Virus record (IMG/VR): IMGVR_UViG_3300046779_002065
Location: 64,276-128,275 of that record
Direction: 5' to 3' (one strand)
Source of the DNA: a virus
Length of the DNA stretch: 64,000 bases
The position numbers were made by a program, and so were the translations under genes. Below, piece after piece: positions 12,301-20,101 of the stretch (position 1 is its first letter; every line of letters begins with the position of its first letter). The notes below the pieces were generated by a model. The model saw only the letters and a list, made by a program, of their open reading frames with translations, made no database searches and was not told the origin of the DNA.

Positions 12301-12400
12301 CGCGAACTGAATTTTCGAGATTGCGATATTTTTCGGGATTAGTACGAAGTGCTTGTTGCAGCGCGGTGCGCAGCACTTTAGAATCTATAGTGCAGGACAT
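341..12400 (-). CDS. Giant virion-packaged two-barrel RNA polymerase (crAss-type) with zincin motifs and a C-terminal RNase H domain
   Basis: 4019 aa. RIPT motif followed by catalytic GSDKDID (DxDxD, 4718-4732). HEAFH at 9407-9421 and HERQH at 1394-1408. RNase HI motifs at ~435-910. Lies among giant cargo genes as in Crassvirales. Confidence 0.88.
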   Translation of the reverse strand: MSCTIDSKVLRTALQQALRTNPEKYRNLENSVRDIVKLTNLTDEAKSNIIIAYSELYKQLSKKSTVFELNKLDSFIDATVYPLVNDTSLDANRFTQALNLLQEHLGITSSEETTQNKRTKELAAQLSEALESPVIKRHSAVKNAIDTIVRERAVLDAGLNETNELNSEKILRNALDKVNNSIEDKRVRRDFVRKLEDAIALVRNSNNMASYVDLRTLPGFGTNHYEVYLSDGTVVDLIREGEEYFYADENLQSTGELYVLDNNPKPKKLNVPNTRFIANDGATVLVDAGELRTGLVMIGEDVDAFTEELSGANVSPSNLVTIIADSTGAQRNASRMQMIQNATDQYPSLANRTIETRETPAQIMALQSGKVILTRGRMTDGFAIRMVSPTGKTVTLMDFNNYVVVYPDNTTRLLDLENEEDLSLFATLTQVRGGVGTTETTIRPTSLEDLQMLRDGARRFKEFKAEVQVLLDKGETQIPAELFNKYYELTNTVYAVDFSDKVNFEDRLKDKRLDQFLAAHESGITVSVINENDPGNVMERRLPLLFQAVSSTKGAPYMPVELLGPGEFILVEGVKYKWKEYVEKFELPKAGKVIANLSKLTGYKHAMIVPSRTGSYAVVPLMRDKTPSNATTKAKALLSLFGFYSRFDKTTATTPYYRNFNNNILGFDVIRKIQPDFFVNMTKDGKTFLGVQFTALDSHPDAEFFNEHASKLSFLVGDSVLKDITSAVEEFFKKEGLPADTSTPEGMEKMFDQLDGLLKYGSDKESVQMLEQQIEKAYSSLEKKLLKNFEKKIDALLNNEDATVREMAERMMGDKKEFMQQLFVSKQGLQPSVALNDRTTKSSNLDTYYTVKAHYKTRLNLHYNFPHALEDAATMPKNEVLPSFGEENVSFEDKKKPSVAPNNTPAAGSTPLDDIDEFDGTFSLGTALERSAFEQDEFQRQVDYIRDRLPAGIAIDDLEKIVRHLDAEGNVLGYIKDKVIYLSKNLSNPGTAYHEAFHAVFRYLLSPQERADLLRREYEKMGIISESQIAEFRKQRRGLAHMSNTEVIELMAEERMADKFQKYATKKTKAETWYQKLFNLIQSLLDFFTKHKDELEKTFDRIHNGYYKNATVKEYTGVEGAYALIKTVPTMGLLNDKIVRFPNSMNADEMMELRNMMVYEMLRSKSAGITTSDLYDQIAKTMVSYYNIENFISQNPSAERVIRETYENKLRDFRYVLGSMKLGEKFPVANLTGDPNYDNKYIGNETGETYTKSAEESYRQMKALVLEVYNNLNVIDTIEQAAASDQVTGENTAEAFAKANNDVEESGAKDPDLGLLETGTSEGDREFRKIFQFLVYEQEDMFGVTMRRPVDADRLFDTVKKITVNVGKKDLLPQIRQVIKTLEEDLSNMSRLSSRMNYRYPVEYESVYQLAESLKAMMKMLDTTCGIVDGKPTRSEAMFNQFHSVFYVASGEITRVDVKTSRSFEISGITIKSELNTVDMVQSQDNFQALNRIIDGYNNNYTALSAEDKQKIQNDLTLLSRELSDDGKNISEFYLENGEFSDAKVNKFADDLYVITAEAGLGIPRHFFHFSLAALITESGYRLPDGSNARAVLLANSDIFKEKGYMTTSMLKAMWYMFSYTGSVPLFENKDNKTRKSVVASFLPSMTYLTRYDSTIGQPVVMNTTGNKIYRFTLYSPNMQVVQDVQSKGLRQFVLEVYGPEFLSWFDNNPYLSEDGLGELFLDYLKVGYLGGLSQNIDDTGSINTDAADLDKIGIHLSNLALFTDRKSYKRGGKELKTFKRITSQNDATGTLFHTTGRYEQYTTNNAAVKTEVNSKKVSLISKRLSDLIKQEYSRIGNQWASRHENKLRYKDYNGILLSDNTVDTESAKLRAYQFHQLDSFFLNDIDPTDTSISDENVAARTQMRETLIAAAKEGKSFEEALALPAMSSLFEQLDMYAQDEFDFFMESMEKAKIVNKTKEGYSSEFFDTNYKENGVSKANSITTTDKFLKDYFFNDWVNRLLVNQLFDGDKALGLANAVDYYKRLKSQAAAGKNAEAASMLIQAGNITYRHAVITIAGAKDVEKEMPVFFDKNDITKAQSHNQSDVENAEKFSILDGHVYQRLNHRLNFLNAEGKKDARADSIIRSLRYKQVSWEDIEYLNGRGIQLNPQKTVTAHPIHYLKMSEHYINRFTVSYYKDSNTKAARLRVAELYKLADLYEGQLDMGKEVNENNESIEQLYRDTITKIHEEFVPINGREMLHSILNNMEFHRLGQVSDNSASKRGTVIPYVTSVEELENASGYWDLGNNVATIPMSYAYNQVATEAHHHDVTDSIQPKLLIDTDLDLKDPNVPQDLKDLVIKYRKLLSDMSFNARMKFERIVKQDGEIDVASFFKLIQESLQKQGAPQNMLKMWDVVDGQPVHSTNLNGITEALKYYVFSMANSTMFQPKAPGFKFYHGSSFGYKIIVDENDQPVPDYLIRKNPGKYKNYKTRYPSFRKTVDENGNEDYYVEVLIPRPTTTNPSKLRVIEKSMEEFFATRIPTEDKRSMVRVKVAGYIDATYINTIVVPEQVHYLSGSDKDIDALYARVMGTYENVLGELNIYGDYSEYENRYGLDTKTAKFVEYLHYMMDDPFFGPLVSKELRRMREDKEYQIENLKESSAMFGPKVQEFFNQSMADIEKSMENRYRDLLSDKKIAPLGRTFTSLEDLAQVMETQQDEQSVELQRQLRLLEKVAAVVNVLQNSGMPVTADDLASYEKVNGSPVIPNIQNEITKTMNQILGHKHVFDNLYSKESSNADIYKNAVETLGRDEKDTIGQSNFATITSVANVRDSNKSAKRGIEIFAAFNKALSVAVKHGLELTEPLWNINGKVYENFTPEKSDPSAERAHALIGNSLGMSADAAKKPYPAVLSLNQYNMGVTATMLSLGIDPYLSIYINLMPSVKSTIDKYMAETEGSVRRSRKHGMALGTYMNNALTKRLLEMKGKTEKATNFGLIEFAESFDLSDYTFEFDVNNVDANVANSDNPTVDSLGLKIVANDGSILTQEMKDVVILAAYIKQYEQAEAIRFELTPLTDAQKSLAPDFNAVDRLMETYSRDRNASSFKGFNNIFSESPVYNKLGASVELMDEVLGKMFLERSPIIKELSRQLNAAIFEATPDKIAGHIKNYLALNALKNTINKALADPSFKEKSPVVYARYKSFQQMLKADYWYNNDMFNIMNRLKSQFPENAFIKSIVPHKTDKGLKIMRSISKVKLSKDRQTMIMNGLDQLLTNADPTVREAAYQMFYYTIIKDGMGAAPYSLRPFLNPDNFREISGELKKIEKAFNELDEFGKTKAQNQAEYKSKFNSLFASILDEKGDVDTLIDDVVQKAVSIYNPVPDENAVKVLNYSNDRGKFTEYGEAAMHAAIKSIRPGMGEKIIAEAKNLNDPFTERKREYKTNQDRSVKEGKTNPSNNDLFLLDENNEVMISMKPADAKEQQVQDAIAMHYKIFPRKANKETGEKKYSFPLFVTNTYGDLLILSEVDDKGLGSKLLDQIYNKANPDQADIADVNTSNPFVGNKAVYKLVSRQGDSNINPLAFEVDEAIKLNEYARGTAKPEINSIDETGGTYKGITVIDSKSLEREGSNEPGGAKFRRGDNTIVLNRNLLREKYYDKAWTNPLKQRDNSYATAFPEDIFKSYEEWETFVMEHERQHAVLGPKQVGENYGQYEDRVNRAALGELYPGIDLSFLGKAVLNTQFNSSTTLKEYADKTSFTFISNSQVLRKSQIESFNDRVNDLIEGRLQYAVFVAEDLTNRQYLPFINKLKENGFQSVEGMKHILSRGGVNPKEEYAKIMDQLATQPQQSTPVILSTPATPLEIFVDGSDIKGTGKLGYGAAVEFNGQMYKMSGTEESKAMKSFQALFPGTKFSNPTMEMLGLVMTLDSFKNSSEHIVIRQDYKGAVNYGALWERSEGSLQREPKPWKAKEPYIQYLVQKAIERIEMIEANGGSVKLEWVKGHSGHKMNDAADEAAKNRGIFNEFSQLFKTDSVDKVLQSKTDESTKCN

Positions 12401-12419
12401 TATTCAAGGGGATGGATTA

Positions 12420-15400
12420 CTACAGTTTGCAGAAAACAGCTTCACCCAATGAATCAAACGGATTAGTATCCTCAGTATTTGACGCATTAGTAGAGATGGT
12501 TCCTACTTCAAATTTACGACTTTTTGTAGACTTTTTTGTAGATTTTTTTGTAGTCTCTACAGATCTTTCTACATAATTCACTAAAGGAGTGAACTCATCT
12601 ATGGCGGTCACTAAATCTGTTACGAGTGAATCCAACGTGCTGGTGTACTGTTCAACAGGGGTAACAGGCGTTACGTTCTTGTTTTCCGTTTGTACACGAG
12701 TCTCCGCTTTGGCGTCTTCAAATTGAAGTTCTAGTTGTTCGACGCTCTCCTGGAGAGAAGTCGGTTCACTTTTAGCTTTGCTATTACGCGGAGCTTTTTT
12801 TCCGTCGGCAACACCCGCATCATCACTAGATTGCTTACTAGCAGCTTTTTGCTTTCGCTTTGCTTTTCTGGATTTTTTGTCTTTAACAGTGGGGTCATTA
12901 GGTTTGTTATCAGGTGGGTACTTACTATTTAATTTGTTGAGGTCATAGTTTATATCGTCTTCAAGTTTATCCAACAATGGACCTTGAACACTGGATTCAT
13001 TTTTCAAAGTTAATGCATTGAGAAAAGAATTACGCAATGCTTCCACTTCTTCAGGAGTCAAATCCTCACGGAATAAAAACTTTAAATACGCATCAGCCGG
13101 AAATGTATCACTGATTTGTTTAACAGCATTAGCTTCTTTGGAATTGTTTTCCGCGTCAAGAAGTTCTTTTGCTAACGCCTCTTGTTCTTCTGCAGCAATT
13201 GCGTCATGCATTTCCTGTAATGAAGTGCTGACAGCATTGATGTATTGCTTGAATATACCATTACGTCCGACACGCTGTCCAGCTTTGGTCTGGTATGCAA
13301 GACCAGTGATCTCCCCGGTAGATTCGCTGCGTACAATGGTAAAATCTTTTCCGTCAATCTTGACAGTACTGCGATCATCGCTGGTAAACTCTACCGTAAA
13401 CACCTTGTCATCAACAGCAACAACCTCTCCATCATCAGTGCTTGCTTCAGGAGCTAGACTCAAACCAGGATATTCTTCCAGTAAACTGTCTTCCGGACCT
13501 AATGTAAGTTCTAAACCGCTGTCCAGTTTGACAAAATATAACTCAAACTCATCCTGGGTCTTTTGAATAATACCAGCTTCACCGTTATACATGACACGTT
13601 TACCTTCCTGCCACTTCAACTTTTGCTTCTCGTCCCGGATAGCATTCTCTTTTTCATCCTCTAATTGTTGCACTTCATTGTTTACAGCAGGTGCATCATT
13701 TACTGAATTAATGGAAGGACTATCTCCAGGAGCAGCCTCTGTAGGATCTCCGGGTTCAGGTATCAATGTAAACCACTGCTTACCATCTTGTTTTACTTTT
13801 GTATAGCTTACTTCACCGTTGTCTCCAGCTGCTATTTCTTCAATGACGTCACCGGTTTCCGGGTTAAACACTATAAACACATACCCATCAGGATCTTCAT
13901 CTAGTTCTGCAGTATTGCCGTCTTCAGTTTTAAACTGTCGACCGACAAGGTTTTTCAGTTTGCGAGCTTCTTTGAGAATAGTCTCATCAACAACAGATCC
14001 TTTGGTGTTTGATGTAAACAGTTCAGTTTCAAACTTGACAGCAAAATTGAAACAATCATTTTCGGTGATGTCCAATTCTCCTTCATGTGTTACCACTGGT
14101 TCTGGAACCCTGCTGTCTACAACACGTTGGAACGAATAGCGGTTCCCGGCAATCTGTTTAAAAATATAATGCTTGTTAACAAATGATACAACTTGTACAT
14201 CCATTCCCCGGTCCAGCATCATCTGCAGGTTCTCCGGTTCCAGTGCTTTGGGAGACGTGGTTATATTTCCTGTTTCATCTTTGTTTACGTTTTCAGAATC
14301 AGTAGTGTCTGCTGATTTCTTTGCTTTGTCGTTTTCAGGATTCTCAGTTTTCTTTTTCTTATCCTCCAGTGCTTTGGAAATCTTTCCTTTAAGTTCTGCC
14401 AGGTATGCAAACGCCTGGTTTGTAATCATAGGAGAGTCCGCAAATCGTTCTGCTTCTTTGATTAACTTTTCATTCTCATTGAGCAATCTTCCAAACACAG
14501 GATCCATCAACGCAAGGTGTCGGATCATCTGCACCATGTTGTTTGCGTGAGCACCAATACGAGCAGCCATTGCTGCATCCATTGTCTTGTTAAAAGCAAT
14601 AGGATCATTGAGCATGTTCAGTGCGTCAACCATCTTACGGTTTTCTTCACCCAACTCCATGTAGTCAACAATATCCTGCATCGCTGCATCAATGTCTTCC
14701 TGCTTAACGTTGGTGTTGATACGACCTTCCGCATTCTTGGAAACTAGGAAACGCTTGAATGCATCAGATGCTTTGGTTCTTTCTACGGAACTCTTCTGGC
14801 GAAGTGCTTCATTGTTATATGTGTAAGTGCTCGTCTCATCTTTTGATTGAGTCACTGTATACCCAATAGCTTCTGTCCAGTCATTAAGTGCTTTACGTTG
14901 CTCTTTCTTATGTTTAATCAGACGCTCTGTCTCTTCAGACTTCACTTCCTGTTGCTCAAGACTTCTGATTTCGTTATCCAAAATCATGCTCTCGTTCTTC
15001 AGCTCTGTAAGATTGGTCAGCTTATCAAACCCCGATGACACTGACTGTCCAATACTGTCGTACTGACTGATTTTGCTTTGAATACCGGCACGACGTTTTA
15101 CTGCGTCCTGCGCTTTATTTTCATGGAATGATACGGTCTCAATAGCGTCAAGCAATGAGGCACGTGCAATCTCAGATACAAGTTTCTTCTCCGGATCTTT
15201 GATGTATTTACCCAAGTCCAGGAAGTTTGCATACTTCTTCATATAGTGATCATAGGTCTCGCTGTAGCGTTCTATGTCAGAGGCAATCCTGGAGGTAAAT
15301 TCTGCAGGAGAGTTGTACCCTGCGTCTTTTGCTGTAAATCCAAATGCTTCTTTAAATGCTTGGTTATCAAATCCTTCCCCGTACGCGCGCACGGTGTCTA

Positions 15401-17324
15401 ATAACAATGGAAGATTTCCCAATCGTTTTGCAGAATGCACCGCTTGAATCAAATCGCTCTCACGACTGTTCAAGTAGTTAAACAAATCGTTCTCTGCAGC
15501 AGCACGCTGCATTTGATCTCCGTACGCATTATGTTCTTTTGTTTTACGGATATGCTCCTGTAACACCTTAGCATGATTGTTCATGTAGTTGTTAAAAGCT
15601 GCCACCGTCTTTGCCGTTTCTTCTTTTTGAGTACGGTATCCTTCACGGTCCTGGAGATACTCCATACCTTTAGAAGCTCGCATAATCAACGGACCGGTAA
15701 CGACACCCGTCATTGCTCCCATCATAAAGGTTTTAAGACCTTGCTTGTTCATTTGAGAGTCTACTGCTTCCTGGAATCCTTCACCCCAGGTACTTGGATC
15801 ATTGTTGTAAAGATCCTGGTAATGTTTCTTCAGACCGTGTACAGTTCCCTCCTGGATATTCTCCTGAAGACCTTCCCATACACTGAACTGTTTAAACCCT
15901 GCCACCAATCCTTTACCGAACTGTGCAGCAGCTACCCGGTAACCATTGTCAAATGTTGCTGCAATCTCCGGAAGGACACCTAATCGACCCATGGTTCCTT
16001 TTGTAAAGGTTTGAGCAGTATCAACGCCTCCGATCTTACCAGCAACGGTAATGTTATCCAATGCCTCATTTTTGAATGCACGAACAATTGCGTTATCGGG
16101 AACCATATTGCGCATGATGTTACCAAATTCAATTTTGTTCATCAATAACAATGTTCCCATATTCAGACCATACGAATCCGTAGCAGCAGTTTTTGCCAGC
16201 TCCCGCATCCGTCTGTCTTCTTCAGCATCCGGTTCTGCACCGTTTGCTTTGGAATATTCCTCGTAAAGATGGTTATACACTTCATTGTATGTACCACCCG
16301 CTTCAATAGCAGCCTCACCGGAAGCAGCCTGGAATTCACCATAAGCACGGCGAATACCACCAACACCAATAGAAGCGAGTTCACCCTTGGTCAACAGTCC
16401 GGTTTTGCCTGCCGTACGCATTATGTTACCTGTTTCTATCAATTCTCCTACTACAGGAATCTTGGTAGAAAACTTGTACAGGTTTTCTGATATTTTACTT
16501 CCAAACTGAACATCCCGGAGTTTACCCATTTCTGAAATAATCTCCGCTTGCTGTGCCATGGTTTTAGCACGTAATATATTTTGAGCACCCAATTCAGCTG
16601 TTCTTGCTTTACCAAGTCCGCCCAATGCTTCTCCTGCTGCAAAACCCACCTTTCGGACACCGTTTATGAATCTACCCCATCTACCTGCTTCAAATGCACT
16701 AGCAGCAGCAAGTGATGCACCACCAGCACCACCAGTAGCTCCCGTAAAAGCAGCTGCTAAAAAGTGCGTAGCAACGGTTTCTGTAGCAAGTTCCGCAAAT
16801 GTACCTATGGTGTAACCCGCGTTTTGCATCATCTCACCAGCAGCTTTCATACTGAAGATGTCATCACGCTCATCGGCAGTCATGTAGATTGGATTCTCAT
16901 TCTGGTTTTGCTGCTGTTCAAATTCTCCCATACGCATACCATACTCATCATCCATCATACCGTCTACACTACCGCTGAATATAGAACCAATCAATCGTGG
17001 CAACACCATTGCACTGGACGTGAATCCGTCTTTAATACCATCCCAGGATCCTTTTGTACCATTGTACAACGCTTCCCAACCACTCTGTGCTTGAGCTGCA
17101 GCAGTTTCATTATCCGCAAATGGATCAATCCACGGAGAGTAAATTGGACTGTTCTTGTACCTTTCTACCTTCTGTGGGTCAAAATATTCGTTTTGAAACG
17201 GATCTGACTTTACCGGGTTTGCTTGTTGGTACTGATTAAAGAATTGAGCAAATGAAGGTGCTGGTCCTGGAGAAGGAGTTGCTTGTTGATTGCCATTAAG
17301 GAGGTTTGCGAATTCGTCAGCCAT
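12420..17324 (-). CDS. Large virion cargo/ejection protein
   Basis: 1634 aa with a Gly/Ala-rich hydrophobic N-terminal part and coiled-coil and acidic regions. It directly precedes the vRNAP, matching crAss cargo synteny. Confidence 0.65.
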   Translation of the reverse strand: MADEFANLLNGNQQATPSPGPAPSFAQFFNQYQQANPVKSDPFQNEYFDPQKVERYKNSPIYSPWIDPFADNETAAAQAQSGWEALYNGTKGSWDGIKDGFTSSAMVLPRLIGSIFSGSVDGMMDDEYGMRMGEFEQQQNQNENPIYMTADERDDIFSMKAAGEMMQNAGYTIGTFAELATETVATHFLAAAFTGATGGAGGASLAAASAFEAGRWGRFINGVRKVGFAAGEALGGLGKARTAELGAQNILRAKTMAQQAEIISEMGKLRDVQFGSKISENLYKFSTKIPVVGELIETGNIMRTAGKTGLLTKGELASIGVGGIRRAYGEFQAASGEAAIEAGGTYNEVYNHLYEEYSKANGAEPDAEEDRRMRELAKTAATDSYGLNMGTLLLMNKIEFGNIMRNMVPDNAIVRAFKNEALDNITVAGKIGGVDTAQTFTKGTMGRLGVLPEIAATFDNGYRVAAAQFGKGLVAGFKQFSVWEGLQENIQEGTVHGLKKHYQDLYNNDPSTWGEGFQEAVDSQMNKQGLKTFMMGAMTGVVTGPLIMRASKGMEYLQDREGYRTQKEETAKTVAAFNNYMNNHAKVLQEHIRKTKEHNAYGDQMQRAAAENDLFNYLNSRESDLIQAVHSAKRLGNLPLLLDTVRAYGEGFDNQAFKEAFGFTAKDAGYNSPAEFTSRIASDIERYSETYDHYMKKYANFLDLGKYIKDPEKKLVSEIARASLLDAIETVSFHENKAQDAVKRRAGIQSKISQYDSIGQSVSSGFDKLTNLTELKNESMILDNEIRSLEQQEVKSEETERLIKHKKEQRKALNDWTEAIGYTVTQSKDETSTYTYNNEALRQKSSVERTKASDAFKRFLVSKNAEGRINTNVKQEDIDAAMQDIVDYMELGEENRKMVDALNMLNDPIAFNKTMDAAMAARIGAHANNMVQMIRHLALMDPVFGRLLNENEKLIKEAERFADSPMITNQAFAYLAELKGKISKALEDKKKKTENPENDKAKKSADTTDSENVNKDETGNITTSPKALEPENLQMMLDRGMDVQVVSFVNKHYIFKQIAGNRYSFQRVVDSRVPEPVVTHEGELDITENDCFNFAVKFETELFTSNTKGSVVDETILKEARKLKNLVGRQFKTEDGNTAELDEDPDGYVFIVFNPETGDVIEEIAAGDNGEVSYTKVKQDGKQWFTLIPEPGDPTEAAPGDSPSINSVNDAPAVNNEVQQLEDEKENAIRDEKQKLKWQEGKRVMYNGEAGIIQKTQDEFELYFVKLDSGLELTLGPEDSLLEEYPGLSLAPEASTDDGEVVAVDDKVFTVEFTSDDRSTVKIDGKDFTIVRSESTGEITGLAYQTKAGQRVGRNGIFKQYINAVSTSLQEMHDAIAAEEQEALAKELLDAENNSKEANAVKQISDTFPADAYLKFLFREDLTPEEVEALRNSFLNALTLKNESSVQGPLLDKLEDDINYDLNKLNSKYPPDNKPNDPTVKDKKSRKAKRKQKAASKQSSDDAGVADGKKAPRNSKAKSEPTSLQESVEQLELQFEDAKAETRVQTENKNVTPVTPVEQYTSTLDSLVTDLVTAIDEFTPLVNYVERSVETTKKSTKKSTKSRKFEVGTISTNASNTEDTNPFDSLGEAVFCKL

Positions 17325-20041
17325 TAGTTAAATATCTTGTTAATTGGAACCCAGTCACTTTTAGCTTGTGATCGTATGTTGTTATTTGCATTTGTCTTAG
17401 AAACATGCTTTGCATTTGCACGTTGTTCAACGTAAGCTTCAGCAGCGTTCTCTAACTGAACGGCTGTCTGTGGAGTAATTTCTGTAACACCTGTTGGTTC
17501 TTCTGCCGTTACGTTACCTTCCTTGTCATAGAATGTAATGTAGACTTGCCCGTCACTTAATGAGAAAGCACCGTCTACACCCTTGATACGCATATAGTCA
17601 GGGAATCGTACCGAAGAAGCACCCCGGTTTAGATTGAGTAATTCACTGGCAAAAGGATTTTCTTCTGCACTGTTTTGTGCAGTATTGATAATAGAAGAAC
17701 TACCATCAGGTCTGGAGATAACACTTCCATCCTGACCAACCACAAGTTTGTTGTTAAATCCAAGTTGCGCTGCTTTAGATGCTGGCACCATGAATGTAAT
17801 AGAACTCGAGATTCCCGCTTTTTCTATCACTTCTTTTGGTAAACCAAACGTACCTAATGCAAGATTTCCTTTTTCACCACTGCGTTTTAATGGAATAGTT
17901 ACACGGATCATCGGTTTACCCTTATAACGATCTCCCGGAGTAATACTGACGTTTGCATCTACAGAGTTGATCAGGTTTTGATCACCCATATGTCCCATCA
18001 CATTCTTTACCGCCTGAGCAGTTGTTTGGTCAAATTCATTGAACTTTCCAGTAGCATCAAAATATCCGATGTTATCTGCTTGCTGTACGGTACGAGTAAC
18101 ATGGGACATACCGCTCTTTTCAGGATTAACATTATAGGTTAATGTTGGTAATTTGTCACCCGCTGCATTTGTGTATTTTTCTCTATTGGGAACAATAGTG
18201 CTTAATACCGGATCGCTTACATGGTTACCTACACGTACCCATCTACCGTTAGCTTCCTGTTTGAAGTGTTCCGGATGTGAGCGTGCATGCGCCGCTAAAG
18301 TCTTTTGTTCTTCGATGTATAATTTATTTGCTTCCGCCATCATACGCATACCCTTGCTTAAGTTGCTGGTAGCGTTTTTATAAAGAGGATGATCTTCGTT
18401 TTGTTTTACTTCACTGTTGATGATTTGCTGAACCTGGTCAAAGCTTCTGAACTTTTGTCCAACGGTTTTGTCAGTGAACTCGTTAAGCACATTTATAGTT
18501 TCTTTTGATAATGGTTTTCCACGGTAAAAATTTAATTCTGCCTCGCGAATTGCATTCTGCAAAACACCTAAAGATCCTCCGGGAATTTTACCGCTGACTT
18601 TGCTACCTTCTGTAGGAAGATTCAACGCTACAGCCAAAACATCACGAGATGTCATTGCTTTAGCACTTTCACCTACTTTAGTCGTGATGTCCGTTTCATA
18701 TACTTCCATTGGAGTAGCGTTCTCGGTGGCGTATTCATTAACCCCTTGAGTAAGCATTCCCTGCGCATCAATCATTTTCTCCTGGATCTTTTCACTCATA
18801 CGGTATCGGTGTTCCAATGCAGCCTTACGCAAGTCATGTTCAAACTGTCTAGCCTGACGCGCGTTTTGTTGAGACTGCTGATACATTTCCAGTTTTACCT
18901 GGTCAGGACGTATTTCGGTCTCGCTGTGTACATCTGCATAAGAGTCTGCCCATTTCCTGGAGTCAGAGTTACGCATCAGATTTGCCTGGTAACCGTATGG
19001 ATTACGTACATAGTTTTGTACAACTTCTTGTACAGCTTCAGAGTACGCTTCCGGACGTTTCTTTGCATCATCGAGTTTACTTTGCAATGCTTTACGACGC
19101 TCTGCAATCATTGCCAGTTGATCAGCTACTTCCGGGGGTACAGTGTTTCCGTACTTGTTGATAGCCGAGTTTTTAAGTTTGTCAATCTGAGCAATGTTAT
19201 AGGATAAACTTTTGGTATAGTTCTCGTGACTCTTGTAGATCTCCGGTAAGGATTGTCTCCCAAGTTGTTCCAACGCCTGGTCTCTGGTAAATCCAGGAGT
19301 AGTTTGCAATTGCTGGTCAACCATCTTGTCCACCATAACAGAAGCAGCTCGGTTGTAGTATTCACCGTATTGACCGCTTCCCAGTAAACCGGACGCCCAT
19401 TCAGTAAAGTCTTTCTTAGCACCTTCACCGTTTTTCTGCTTGACAATGTACATTCCACTACCTTGTTCTCTGGTAATGACAAGTCCCTGTTCTTTTGCTT
19501 GCGCGTTGAGATAACTCATCGGATCCTCAATTGCCAGGTAATTTCGTACACCGTGATTAGGAATGTCATCAAACTTTGCTTTTTTCAATTCCTGCGCACC
19601 TCGCATTACATACTCCTCCATGAGAGGATTATACAGCTTACGAACTTTTTCATCCGTGCTGTTTTTGTAACCGTTGATTTGCTGCGCTTGTTGCTGATAC
19701 TGACGGGTGTAGTTCATATCTGCTATAAAAGATTTGTTTTCCACAAGTGGATCAAAACTTGACATAGCATTGCTGACGTTGCTGGAAACACTTAAATCAA
19801 CATGTGCATATTGCTTAAGCTGTTCGTTATTTTTTTGAAACCACATCTGACGCATTTTCTCTGTCTCTGGATTAGTGACAGGAGAATTCAGCAAAGAGCT
19901 GTACATCGTACGTAGTTTGTTGAAACCGACGTTGTATCGTTGAGTGAGCGCACCGAGTGCTGTTGACATCAGCTGGTAATTCGGTGCAGCGTAATCTATC
20001 TCAGGAAACAAGTCCGTGGAGTTCTGTAAGTAGGTTGCCAT
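17324..20041 (-). CDS. Virion cargo/structural protein
   Basis: 905 aa, helical and Gln-rich. TAATG overlap with the next gene. Function from synteny only. Confidence 0.55.
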   Translation of the reverse strand: MATYLQNSTDLFPEIDYAAPNYQLMSTALGALTQRYNVGFNKLRTMYSSLLNSPVTNPETEKMRQMWFQKNNEQLKQYAHVDLSVSSNVSNAMSSFDPLVENKSFIADMNYTRQYQQQAQQINGYKNSTDEKVRKLYNPLMEEYVMRGAQELKKAKFDDIPNHGVRNYLAIEDPMSYLNAQAKEQGLVITREQGSGMYIVKQKNGEGAKKDFTEWASGLLGSGQYGEYYNRAASVMVDKMVDQQLQTTPGFTRDQALEQLGRQSLPEIYKSHENYTKSLSYNIAQIDKLKNSAINKYGNTVPPEVADQLAMIAERRKALQSKLDDAKKRPEAYSEAVQEVVQNYVRNPYGYQANLMRNSDSRKWADSYADVHSETEIRPDQVKLEMYQQSQQNARQARQFEHDLRKAALEHRYRMSEKIQEKMIDAQGMLTQGVNEYATENATPMEVYETDITTKVGESAKAMTSRDVLAVALNLPTEGSKVSGKIPGGSLGVLQNAIREAELNFYRGKPLSKETINVLNEFTDKTVGQKFRSFDQVQQIINSEVKQNEDHPLYKNATSNLSKGMRMMAEANKLYIEEQKTLAAHARSHPEHFKQEANGRWVRVGNHVSDPVLSTIVPNREKYTNAAGDKLPTLTYNVNPEKSGMSHVTRTVQQADNIGYFDATGKFNEFDQTTAQAVKNVMGHMGDQNLINSVDANVSITPGDRYKGKPMIRVTIPLKRSGEKGNLALGTFGLPKEVIEKAGISSSITFMVPASKAAQLGFNNKLVVGQDGSVISRPDGSSSIINTAQNSAEENPFASELLNLNRGASSVRFPDYMRIKGVDGAFSLSDGQVYITFYDKEGNVTAEEPTGVTEITPQTAVQLENAAEAYVEQRANAKHVSKTNANNNIRSQAKSDWVPINKIFN

Positions 20042-20101
20042 GGGTACACTTATAATTTACAAAAAAAACTTTAAAAATTTATAAACTTCTAAAGTTTAAA
20101 C

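Noticed and set aside
12519-12555. Short tandem TTTTTGTAGA repeats
   Set aside because: They encode KKST low-complexity sequence inside a CDS and have no spacers.
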